From a virus (lineage: Duplodnaviria; Caudoviricetes): a stretch of 64,000 nt of DNA. Made by a program: the position numbers and the translations under genes. Location of the stretch: the IMG/VR virus record IMGVR_UViG_3300027571_000004, positions 28,290 through 92,289 of that record. One strand, written 5' to 3'. The notes beneath the pieces were generated by a model, which searched no databases, was not told where the DNA came from, and saw only the letters and a program-made list of their open reading frames with translations. Position 1 is the stretch's first letter. Each line of letters opens with the position of its first letter. This document shows positions 40,398-48,671 of this stretch, piece after piece.

Positions 40398-40707
40398 TGA
40401 TTTGTCTATAAAGTTACATGAAGTTGCAGTAGAAAAAGGTTTTTGGCCTGAAGAGGTTGATGACATTTTTATTGCTAAGCAGTGCATGATGATTGTTTCA
40501 GAAGTAACAGAAGTAATGGAAGCAATTAGAAAAGATAAGGGCGAAGAAGAAATAACAAAAGAGGTTGCTGATATTTTGATTCGTACTCTTGATCTATACG
40601 CAGGCTTGGTTGAGGCAGGGTATACTAAGTTATCACTTGATTATGCACTAAAAGAAAAAACACAATTTAATAAAACTAGACCAGAGAAGCATGGGGTAAG
40701 ATTTTAA
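40390..40707 (+). CDS. MazG-like nucleotide pyrophosphohydrolase
   Basis: SEVTEVMEA...KEVADILIR (EXXE...EXXD) and K..FNKTR. Confidence 0.8.
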   Translation: MLDDLSIKLHEVAVEKGFWPEEVDDIFIAKQCMMIVSEVTEVMEAIRKDKGEEEITKEVADILIRTLDLYAGLVEAGYTKLSLDYALKEKTQFNKTRPEKHGVRF

Positions 40708-41717
40708 TGTCAGTCACAGTAGAAGAAGCAATGGCACAATTAGATCCAAAATTAAGAAAGAAGTTAGGCACTGGAGTTGGTGTTAACTATGAGTACCAAC
40801 CTACTCCAAGTTATGGCTTAAACCGTGCTCTGGGGGGTGGGCTTCCATATGGTAGACAAGTACTCATCTGGGGTTCAAAGTCGTCTGCAAAGTCCTCTAT
40901 GTGCCTTCAAATGATTGCTCTAGCACAAGCAGAAGGAAAGTTGTGTGCATGGATTGATTCAGAAATGTCATACTCAGAAGACTGGGCCAGAACTCTTGGG
41001 GTAGATCCAGAAAAACTAATCTACTCACAAGCAAGAACTATTAGTGATATGGTAGATGTTGGCGTTGGATTAATGAATGCTGGTGTTGACTTAATTGTGG
41101 TAGACTCTATTACATCAATGCTTCCCGCAATCTATTTTGAAAAAGATACAGATGAAATGAAAGCATTGGAAAACACCAAACAGATTGGAGCCGAATCCCG
41201 TGACTTTAGTAACGCATGGAAAATGCTTAACTATGCAAACAATAAAGTTAAGCCAACTCTGCTTGTTCTTATTTCTCAGTCTCGTAACAATATCAATGCT
41301 ATGTATACTAGCCAGCAGCCTTCTGGTGGTCAGGCTACTAAGTTTTATTCCTCATGTATTATTAAACTCTTTTCTTCAGAGTCAGACAATCAAGCGATTA
41401 AAGGCAAGATCAAGGTAGGAGATAAGTTAATTGAAGAAAAAGTTGGAAGAACTATTCGTTGGGAATTACAGTTCTCTAAAACCTCTCCAGGGTTCCAGTC
41501 TGGTGAGTATGATTTTTATTTTAGAGGTGACGATATTGGTCTTGATACCATTGGCGATTTGGTTACTACCGCAGAACTAAATGGTATTGTAGAACGAACT
41601 GGTGCTTGGTACATCCTACCTGACGGATCAAAAGTTCAGGGCAAAGAAGCATTTATTAATCGTGTTAGAGAGGATCTTGACTTGCAAGAATCAATCAAGT
41701 CTAAGTTAAATGGCTAG
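40707..41717 (+). CDS. recA: RecA/UvsX-like recombinase
   Basis: LNRALGGGLPYGR, WIDSE, IVVDSI, GGQATKFYSS, GAWY; variant Walker A GSKSSAKS. Confidence 0.92.
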   Translation: MSVTVEEAMAQLDPKLRKKLGTGVGVNYEYQPTPSYGLNRALGGGLPYGRQVLIWGSKSSAKSSMCLQMIALAQAEGKLCAWIDSEMSYSEDWARTLGVDPEKLIYSQARTISDMVDVGVGLMNAGVDLIVVDSITSMLPAIYFEKDTDEMKALENTKQIGAESRDFSNAWKMLNYANNKVKPTLLVLISQSRNNINAMYTSQQPSGGQATKFYSSCIIKLFSSESDNQAIKGKIKVGDKLIEEKVGRTIRWELQFSKTSPGFQSGEYDFYFRGDDIGLDTIGDLVTTAELNGIVERTGAWYILPDGSKVQGKEAFINRVREDLDLQESIKSKLNG

Positions 41718-41886
41718 TTATACAGTTTATACTGGAAAGTTTGTTTGCCATGAGTGCAAGGCAGAAGTTAAATCTTTAAGGCTTTATGCTGAGACAAAGA
41801 CAATGACTTGGATGTGCCCAGCAAAACATTTAAGCACAGTCAAGTTTGGTAAGCAGAAATGGAAGGGCAATGACAGAGAAGAGTGA
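41710..41886 (+). CDS. Small zinc-ribbon protein (58 aa), absent from the ORF track
   Basis: Hand translation MASYTVYTGKFVCHECKAEV...WMCPAKHLS...; fills the gap between recA and the resolvase with short overlaps. Confidence 0.7.
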   Translation: MASYTVYTGKFVCHECKAEVKSLRLYAETKTMTWMCPAKHLSTVKFGKQKWKGNDREE

Positions 41887-42151
41887 GTCCAAGAGGATAG
41901 GTGCTAAGCAGCACAAGAACTCTGGTCGTAATACTCAAAAGGGAGATGCTTCCTGGAAAAACTTTGTCGTAGACTTTAAAGAAGTTGGAAAGTCTTTTAC
42001 ATTAAACAAAGAGGTTTGGGCAAAGGCTACAACCGATGCCATGAAGAACGGCAAGGATCCAGCCATAGTAGTCGTAATGGGCGAGGGCAACTCTAAAGTA
42101 AGACTTGCTATAATTGAGATGAGTATATTAGAAGATCTAGTGGAGGAATGA
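41870..42151 (+). CDS. PD-(D/E)XK nuclease, Holliday-junction-resolvase-like
   Basis: E..NSGR..KGD..VDFKE pattern. Confidence 0.7.
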   Translation: MTEKSESKRIGAKQHKNSGRNTQKGDASWKNFVVDFKEVGKSFTLNKEVWAKATTDAMKNGKDPAIVVVMGEGNSKVRLAIIEMSILEDLVEE

Positions 42152-42456
42152 TGGAACAACAGGTAACAACAATAGACATGATAAACGGCTTGGCAGAAAT
42201 TGCTGACTATATGGAGGACGAAGAACTTACTACAGCCCTTACAATGATTGCTAAGTTAATTATTAAACCAGACATTCCAATCAATGTCGCCCATGTTGAA
42301 ATTGTAAGACTTCAGGCAATCGCTGCTAAGATGGCTTTTAAAGCAACTTGGATGGCAAATGTTGATAAGTCAGATCGTGGAAAGAAGAATCTTTACTACA
42401 CGGCAGCAGAGTCGTTAAACAATTTAGTATCTGCGTTAAAGTATATTACACGCTAA
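42148..42456 (+). CDS. Hypothetical helical protein
   Basis: SD GGAGG, ATGA overlap. Confidence 0.7.
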   Translation: MMEQQVTTIDMINGLAEIADYMEDEELTTALTMIAKLIIKPDIPINVAHVEIVRLQAIAAKMAFKATWMANVDKSDRGKKNLYYTAAESLNNLVSALKYITR

Positions 42457-42492
42457 TATGCTATACTTATACTAATAGAAACGAGCATAAAA

Positions 42493-43293
42493 ATGACAAA
42501 AAGTTTATTACAGCAGGTTATGATAAAGCAAGAGAAGGCTTCAGTCCATCCAATAGATGTTGCTGGACTAACTGAAAAAATTCAGTCTGGCTATACTGTT
42601 AATCGAGTTGACAAACACACACAAAAGAAAACGTTTGCACCTTCAACAATTGCATATGGTCACGGAGAATGTCCAAGATATTGGTACCTAGCCTTCGATG
42701 GCCAAAACTTTCAAGATGATGCAACACCATTTAGCGCTGCAAACATGACTGCAGGAACTAAATCTCACGAAAGAATCCAAGAAGCAATGGGTAATGTTCC
42801 AGACTTCCTTGTTGATTCAGAATTTAAAATTACTCATAATGATCCACCAATCTTTGGGTATGGGGATGTTATTGTTAATTGGCAGGGAGAAGAACTCCTT
42901 GGTGAAATTAAGACAATGATGAATGAAGGTTTTGAATATCGAAAGGCTCATTTAAAGCCTAAGACTGGGCACCTAGTTCAACTCTTAATCTACATGAAAA
43001 TATTAAAGAAAGCCAAGGCAGTTCTAATCTATGAGAATAAAAATAATCATGAGATTTTAGTTTTGCCAGTAGAAGTAAATGATTATTATCGTCGGTGGGT
43101 AGACCAGACGTTTGAATGGATGAGATCAGTTCGTAAGGCTTGGGTCGACAGAACCCTACCTGAAAAGAACTATCGATCCAATTCAAAGATTTGCAAATCA
43201 TGTCCAATTAAACAGGCATGTGCAGACGCTGGCCCAGGAGTCTTTAAAATAAAGTCCATGGAGCCTATAGATGAAGCATTGTCAATGGTGTGA
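42493..43293 (+). CDS. Cas4-like PD-(D/E)XK exonuclease
   Basis: CPR, GTKSHE, GYGD, EIKT, QLLIY, CKSCP..C (four Fe-S Cys); TGCTATACT promoter at 42459-42467. Confidence 0.85.
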   Translation: MTKSLLQQVMIKQEKASVHPIDVAGLTEKIQSGYTVNRVDKHTQKKTFAPSTIAYGHGECPRYWYLAFDGQNFQDDATPFSAANMTAGTKSHERIQEAMGNVPDFLVDSEFKITHNDPPIFGYGDVIVNWQGEELLGEIKTMMNEGFEYRKAHLKPKTGHLVQLLIYMKILKKAKAVLIYENKNNHEILVLPVEVNDYYRRWVDQTFEWMRSVRKAWVDRTLPEKNYRSNSKICKSCPIKQACADAGPGVFKIKSMEPIDEALSMV

Positions 43294-43546
43294 TAACGTA
43301 TTCACAACAGAAATAAAATACCAGATCTACTGTTCACAAGAATGTAGAGAAGGTGCAACAAAAGAAAAAATTGCTGCACGGTACATAGTTGAAAGACGTC
43401 AAAAAAGAATAGGCAAAGAGAGAAAATGCAAATGTTGCGATGAATTGTTGTCTATATATAATGACGAAAGTCTTTGTGTAAAGTGTAACATTAATCCAAA
43501 AGATGTAACAAAAGCATTAAAAGAAATTAAGGATAACTTAAAGTGA
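43271..43546 (+). CDS. Cys-rich zinc-binding protein
   Basis: CQWC, YCSQEC, CKCC, CVKC. Confidence 0.7.
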   Translation: MKHCQWCDNVFTTEIKYQIYCSQECREGATKEKIAARYIVERRQKRIGKERKCKCCDELLSIYNDESLCVKCNINPKDVTKALKEIKDNLK

Positions 43547-44136
43547 AACTAGCAGAGGCAATAGGGACTAAGGCTCCAAAAACTATTTGTGCTATAGACG
43601 CAAGCACCAATAGCCTTGCCTTTGCTTTGTTTGACACACAAGAAAAAACCTTGATTACAATTGGTAAAATAAACTTTGAGGGAAAAGACACATATCAAAA
43701 AGTGATGGATGCTGGTAAAAAAGTAAAAGCATTTTTTGATATCTATGGTGGTTTTGAGGCAATAGTAATTGAGCACACAGTATTTATGAATAGCCCTAAG
43801 ACTGCTGCAGACCTTGCTCTAGTCCAAGGGGCCATACTTGGATCTGCAGGGCAGACTGGAACAAAGGTTATTGGCAAGGTCTCTCCTATTACTTGGCAAA
43901 ACTATATTGGTAATAAAAAGATTTCTAAGGATGAAAAGTTTTACATTAAAGCACAAAACCCAGGAAAGTCTGACTCATGGCTAAAGACCTATGAAAGAAA
44001 CCTTCGCAAAGAAAGAACAATTAAGTTTATTAATGTTCAATACGACAGAACTATTACTGATAATGATGTGGCAGATGCTTGTGGTATTGGGCACTGGGCT
44101 ATGAAAAATTGGGGTAAAGCAATTGGAACAGAATAG
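43543..44136 (+). CDS. RuvC-like Holliday junction resolvase
   Basis: AIDAS, IVIE, PITWQ, DNDVADACGI (D, E, DxxD catalytic set). Confidence 0.82.
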   Translation: MKLAEAIGTKAPKTICAIDASTNSLAFALFDTQEKTLITIGKINFEGKDTYQKVMDAGKKVKAFFDIYGGFEAIVIEHTVFMNSPKTAADLALVQGAILGSAGQTGTKVIGKVSPITWQNYIGNKKISKDEKFYIKAQNPGKSDSWLKTYERNLRKERTIKFINVQYDRTITDNDVADACGIGHWAMKNWGKAIGTE

Positions 44137-44383
44137 CAGCCCTACTCAGTTAAAGGCACACGCAATGATTGAACATCTTATCTTACAGAATGCTGTAGAA
44201 ATGTCAGGGATTGACAGTAAGACTGGTGAAATGCTATACTATATTACAGATAAACTAAAGACTGTAAACCCAAAACTATATAGAGAACTAAAGGGAGACT
44301 TTGAAAGAAGGATGTTTGAGATAATTGATAAAGGTCCTGAATCAATGCAATGGAAGTTTAATGCGGAGTTCTTTGATGAGTAA
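44123..44383 (+). CDS. Hypothetical protein, paralog of 57125
   Basis: SGIDSKTGEMLY matches SGIDEETGEFLY. Confidence 0.65.
   Translation: MEQNSSPTQLKAHAMIEHLILQNAVEMSGIDSKTGEMLYYITDKLKTVNPKLYRELKGDFERRMFEIIDKGPESMQWKFNAEFFDE
44211..44240 (+). promoter_or_regulatory. Promoter TTGACA-18-TATACT (extended TG) inside a CDS
   Basis: TTGACA 44211-44216 and TGCTATACT 44232-44240. Confidence 0.7.
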
Positions 44384-44528
44384 ACTATACACTAATGAAC
44401 TTTGGCTAAAGAAAAGGTTTCATCTTGACAAGAAAACTCCTGATGAGATTGCAAAAGAGTGTGGAGTTACAGTAGAAACTATTTATGTATATCTGGCAAA
44501 ATTTGGATTAAGGAGATCAAAGAGATGA
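44376..44528 (+). CDS. Small HTH DNA-binding protein
   Basis: TPDEIAKECGVTVETIYVYLAKFG. Confidence 0.75.
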   Translation: MSKLYTNELWLKKRFHLDKKTPDEIAKECGVTVETIYVYLAKFGLRRSKR

Positions 44529-44650
44529 AAAAATTAAAGATATCATTAGCACTGGCTGTACTGGCAAGTGCGGTTGGAGTTAGTTATGCTCTATTTACAC
44601 TAAGAGGAATGCCAGATACGTTTGATTGGGAAGAGGATGAAGATGAGTGA
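44525..44650 (+). CDS. Small single-TM membrane protein
   Basis: MKKLKISLALAVLASAVGVSYALF followed by an acidic tail; SD AAGGAG. Confidence 0.6.
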   Translation: MKKLKISLALAVLASAVGVSYALFTLRGMPDTFDWEEDEDE

Positions 44651-44885
44651 TAACCTAAATATTACGGTTGACCAAGTAAATCATCCTGTTCATTACACTA
44701 CAGATCCTTCTGGTGTTGAGTGTATTCAGATTACTCGTCATAGAAATTTTAATATTGGGAATGCCTTTAAGTACCTTTGGAGAGCGGGACTTAAAGATGA
44801 GTCCAAGACTATTCAAGACCTTGAGAAAGCAATCTTTTATATCAAAGATGAAATTAATAGACTAGAGGGAAAGTATGTCAATTGA
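44643..44885 (+). CDS. DUF3310-family protein
   Basis: VNHPVHY, ECI, GNAFKYLWRAG.K and QDLEKAIFY. Confidence 0.85.
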   Translation: MSDNLNITVDQVNHPVHYTTDPSGVECIQITRHRNFNIGNAFKYLWRAGLKDESKTIQDLEKAIFYIKDEINRLEGKYVN

Positions 44886-45408
44886 AGAAGACTTGGTTAA
44901 ACACCAAGATCAGATTAATAATGTTGTAGAAGAATATTTAAAAGGTAATGACCCTACACAGATCTCTAAAGATCTTGCTATACCAAGACAAAGAGTTGTT
45001 GCTTACATTGATGAGTGGAAGGTAAGTGCTTCTAACAATGCAGCAATCCGTGCTCGTGCTAAGGAGGCCTTGTCAGGCGCAGATGCCCACTACAGCAAAT
45101 TGATTTCAAGATCTTACGAGGTTATGGATGAAGCATCTATGACTAATAATCTTAGTGCAAAGACTGCTGCAATTAAACTGGTTATGGATATTGAGTCTAA
45201 AAGAATTGATATGCTACAAAAGGCTGGACTGCTTGAGAATAAAGAATTAGCAGAAGAGATGATGGAGATTGAGAATCGTCAGGAAGTTTTGATTGCAATT
45301 CTTAGAGATATTGCTTCTGAATATCCACAGGTTCGTGATGAGATCATGAGAAGACTTTCTACTATATCAAAAGAAAATGAAGTTATAACGGTAATAGCAG
45401 ATGTATGA
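44875..45408 (+). CDS. HTH protein, candidate terminase small subunit
   Basis: N-terminal HTH (PTQISKDLAIPRQRV) plus coiled coil; overlaps the large terminase start. Confidence 0.55.
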   Translation: MSIEEDLVKHQDQINNVVEEYLKGNDPTQISKDLAIPRQRVVAYIDEWKVSASNNAAIRARAKEALSGADAHYSKLISRSYEVMDEASMTNNLSAKTAAIKLVMDIESKRIDMLQKAGLLENKELAEEMMEIENRQEVLIAILRDIASEYPQVRDEIMRRLSTISKENEVITVIADV

Positions 45409-47170
45409 TGAGTTTTTAGAAGTCCTTAAGGATAATAACTTTAGAGAGACTCCAGTAAATGCTAAGGAGTTTGTTGAAGGTGAAGCATACTTAGGTCAGC
45501 CCCCATTATCACAAGTACAGTATGACATTGTAGAAGCAATGAGTCAAATCTATAGACAAGAAGATCTGGTTGATTTGATGGGCACAGAAGACGGAACCCG
45601 TTACTATAAAAAATATACTAAGAATGAGATTATCCTGCAACTTGGCAAGGGATCTGGAAAAGACTTCGTATCAACAGTAGCCTGTGCATATATAGTATAT
45701 AAACTATTGTGCTTAAAGGAGCCAGCAAGATACTACGGAAAGCCTTCTGGAGACGCTATTGATATTATTAACGTTGCGATTAACGCCCAACAAGCAAAGA
45801 ACGTTTTCTTTAAAGGTTTTAAAAACAAGATTGAAAACTCACCTTGGTTTGCTGGTAAATATAACTCTAAGGCTGAGAGTATTGAGTTTGAGCATGCTAT
45901 TACTGTTTACTCTGGTCACTCAGAAAGAGAATCACACGAAGGATTAAACCTTTTAGTAGCAGTCCTTGATGAGATCTCTGGCTTTGCCCAAGATGTTGGA
46001 ACTGGAAATGACCAAGGAAAAACTGCTGATAATATCTATAAGGCTTTCCGTGCATCAGTTGATTCTCGTTTCCCTGATCTTGGTAAGGTTGCATTGCTTT
46101 CCTTCCCCCGTTATCCTGGAGACTTTATTTCACAGAAGTATGATGATGTTATTGCAGATAAAGAAGTTATAACAAAGACTCATAAGTTTACTATGAATCC
46201 AGATTTACCAGAAGGAGCAGAAGGAAACTATTTAGAAATTTCCTGGGATGAAGATACAATTCTTTCATACAAATATCCAGGAGTATTTGCATTAAAGAGA
46301 CCAACCTGGGTAGTAAATCCAACTAGATCAGTAGATGATTTTAAGATTTCATTCTTCACAGACCTTGGAGATGCAATGCAAAGATTTGCTTGCGTACCAA
46401 CTTATTCTACAGATGCATTCTTTAAGCAAATAGAAAAAGTCAGATCATGTATGACACTGAGAAACCCACTAGACAATCATAGAAGGTTTGATGAAACCTT
46501 TAAACCAGATCCAAACAAAATTTATTATGTTCACGCAGACCTTGCACAAAAACACGATAAATGTGCTGTTGCTATTGCTCACGTAGATAAGTGGGTAAAT
46601 ATACAGGTCATTAATAACTATGAACAAGTAGCACCTATTGTAGTAGTAGATGCAGTAGCATGGTGGGAACCAAAGATTGAAGGCCCAGTAAATCTTTCAG
46701 AAGTAAAACAATGGATCCAAAACCTTAGAAGACTAGGGTTTAATTTAGGAATGGTTTCCTTTGACCGTTGGCAATCTTTTGACATTCAAAATGAATTAAA
46801 GCAGGTAGGAATAAGAACTGATACTGTTTCTGTTGCAAAGAAGCACTATGAGGATATGGCTATGCTTGTGTATGAGGAAAGAGTTGCTATGCCAGCGATT
46901 GATTTATTATTTGAAGAACTAACAGAGTTAAAAATAATGAAAGGCAATAGAGTTGACCACCCAAGAAAATCTTCTAAGGACTTAGCAGATGCCGTGTGTG
47001 GAGCAATATTTGGGGCAATATCACATACCCCAAAGGATAATAACACTGAAGTGGAGATTCATACTTTTAGGGATAAGCCCAGAGTTGACAACCCCTTCAC
47101 CAATGTGATAGAATATAAACCTATGCCAAATGATGTAAAAGATTATTTGGATAGATTCAATCTACTATAA
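45401..47170 (+). CDS. Terminase large subunit
   Basis: Walker A GKGSGKD, Walker B VAVLDE, SFP coupling motif; nuclease HADLA, SFDRWQS, VDHP..SKDLADA. Confidence 0.92.
   Translation: MYDEFLEVLKDNNFRETPVNAKEFVEGEAYLGQPPLSQVQYDIVEAMSQIYRQEDLVDLMGTEDGTRYYKKYTKNEIILQLGKGSGKDFVSTVACAYIVYKLLCLKEPARYYGKPSGDAIDIINVAINAQQAKNVFFKGFKNKIENSPWFAGKYNSKAESIEFEHAITVYSGHSERESHEGLNLLVAVLDEISGFAQDVGTGNDQGKTADNIYKAFRASVDSRFPDLGKVALLSFPRYPGDFISQKYDDVIADKEVITKTHKFTMNPDLPEGAEGNYLEISWDEDTILSYKYPGVFALKRPTWVVNPTRSVDDFKISFFTDLGDAMQRFACVPTYSTDAFFKQIEKVRSCMTLRNPLDNHRRFDETFKPDPNKIYYVHADLAQKHDKCAVAIAHVDKWVNIQVINNYEQVAPIVVVDAVAWWEPKIEGPVNLSEVKQWIQNLRRLGFNLGMVSFDRWQSFDIQNELKQVGIRTDTVSVAKKHYEDMAMLVYEERVAMPAIDLLFEELTELKIMKGNRVDHPRKSSKDLADAVCGAIFGAISHTPKDNNTEVEIHTFRDKPRVDNPFTNVIEYKPMPNDVKDYLDRFNLL
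47085..47114 (+). promoter_or_regulatory. Promoter TTGACA-18-TAGAAT (TGTG extended) in the terminase 3' end
   Basis: TTGACA 47085-47090 and TAGAAT 47109-47114; upstream of the secreted protein 47184. Confidence 0.7.
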
Positions 47171-47183
47171 GAAAAGGAACAAA

Positions 47184-48569
47184 ATGAATTCATTTAAGAA
47201 AATCTCAATTGCTACTGCTGCAGCCCTAGCAATCGTTGGACTTTCTGTAGCACCATCTTCGGCAGCACCACTAGCCGTAACGGTTGCAACAGCGACTAAC
47301 GCAACTACATCAGCAGCACCAGCAACAGTAGCAGTTCCATCAAGTAATGTTATTACTTCTGGAAACACTATTGCTCTTGCAGCAACAGCAGACACAGGTA
47401 CAAATGTTACCTTTACTGCTTCATCAACTGTAAAGTTGGTAACAGCACTTAACACAACAGATGCACCAAAGACAGTCGCATCAGGTGTTTCAACAGTTAC
47501 AATTGCTTCTGCTGGATCAGCAGTAACAGTTTATGCTTACACAACTACAACAGCAGTTGGTTCAGTAACCATCACTAATGGTTCATACTCAACAATTGTT
47601 TACATCTCAGGTACTGCTGGAGCAGCATACAACCTAGCACTAACAGTTCCTTCTGCAACAGCAGTTGGCACAGTGCCTACAATTGCTCTAGTAACAACAG
47701 ATGTATTCGGAAACTCAGTTTCAGATACAGCAACAGTAACCTTAATTGGTTCAACATTTGCTGATGGTTCTGTCACCAAGTCACTAACTACAGCAACAGC
47801 AACAAACACTTCAACTGGAGCAGTTCTTGGAACTGTAACAGCAGCCCTAGCAACATCAGTTGCTGGTGAAGTCACAGTAGTTGCAACAGGCCTTGCATCA
47901 GTAACAGCCGTAACTGGTCTTGCTGCTCCTGTAAAGTCTGTCATTGCTAAGTTCACAGTTTCTGATCTTTCAGGAATTATTGCAGGACTTAAGTCAGACC
48001 TTGCAGTTGCTAACGCAACTAACGCAGCACATGTTGCAGACAAGTCAGCACTAGCAGCAGCAGTTGCTGCATCAAACAAGGCAAGAGATGATTTCTCAAC
48101 TGCCCTTGCAAGCGCAAATGTTCAGATTGCTAAGGCTCTTACTGAAGCAGCAGATGCTAAGAAGGCAAGCGATTCAGCAATCAAGGCTCTTACAGAAGCA
48201 AACGCTGCTACAGAAAAGATCCTTGCTGATCTTAAGGTAGAACTTGCAGCAAGCAAGGCAGATCTTGCAGCATCTAATAAGTTGTTTGATGCACTAAAGG
48301 CTTCATCTGCTAAGGCACTTGCTGATCTAAAGGCTTCTTCTGATAAGGCTCTTGCAGATGCTATCGCAGCACATGCTAAGGCTCTTGCAGATGCTAAGAC
48401 ACTTTCAGATAAGGCTCTTGCAGATGCAAAGACACTTTCAGATGCAACAGCAGCATCAGTCAAGGCAGCAAATGACCTTGCAGCAGCAAAGGCAAAGGCT
48501 GACTATAACAAGTTGGCTGCAAAGTGGAACAAGGCTAATCCAAAGGCCAAGGTTGCACTAAAGAAGTAA
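47184..48569 (+). CDS. Secreted Thr/Ala-rich protein: Ig-like beta region plus C-terminal coiled coil (surface-protein-like)
   Basis: Sec signal MNSFKKISIATAAALAIVGLSVAPSSA; DVFGNSV Ig-like motif; 11-residue KALADAKTLSD repeats; basic C-terminus. Confidence 0.7.
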   Translation: MNSFKKISIATAAALAIVGLSVAPSSAAPLAVTVATATNATTSAAPATVAVPSSNVITSGNTIALAATADTGTNVTFTASSTVKLVTALNTTDAPKTVASGVSTVTIASAGSAVTVYAYTTTTAVGSVTITNGSYSTIVYISGTAGAAYNLALTVPSATAVGTVPTIALVTTDVFGNSVSDTATVTLIGSTFADGSVTKSLTTATATNTSTGAVLGTVTAALATSVAGEVTVVATGLASVTAVTGLAAPVKSVIAKFTVSDLSGIIAGLKSDLAVANATNAAHVADKSALAAAVAASNKARDDFSTALASANVQIAKALTEAADAKKASDSAIKALTEANAATEKILADLKVELAASKADLAASNKLFDALKASSAKALADLKASSDKALADAIAAHAKALADAKTLSDKALADAKTLSDATAASVKAANDLAAAKAKADYNKLAAKWNKANPKAKVALKK

Positions 48570-48585
48570 TTTCACTTCATAAGTT

Positions 48586-48620
48586 AGGGGGTTGGCCATG
48601 TGCCAGCCCTCTTTCTTTTT
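48586..48620 (+). terminator. Intrinsic terminator
   Basis: AGGGGGTTGGC / GCCAGCCCTCT stem followed by TTCTTTTT. Confidence 0.85.
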
Positions 48621-48629
48621 GCAATAAAA

Positions 48630-48638
48630 TGATATAAT
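48630..48638 (+). promoter_or_regulatory. Extended -10 promoter TGATATAAT
   Basis: Between the terminator and SD AGGGGG of 48672. Confidence 0.65.
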
Positions 48639-48671
48639 AACCTTATTACACATTGTGTATTTAAGGGGGAA

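Noticed and set aside
34008-47170. Inteins or introns in helicase, DnaE, RecA or terminase
   Set aside because: Lengths are normal, motifs are contiguous, and no intein or homing-endonuclease insertions are visible.
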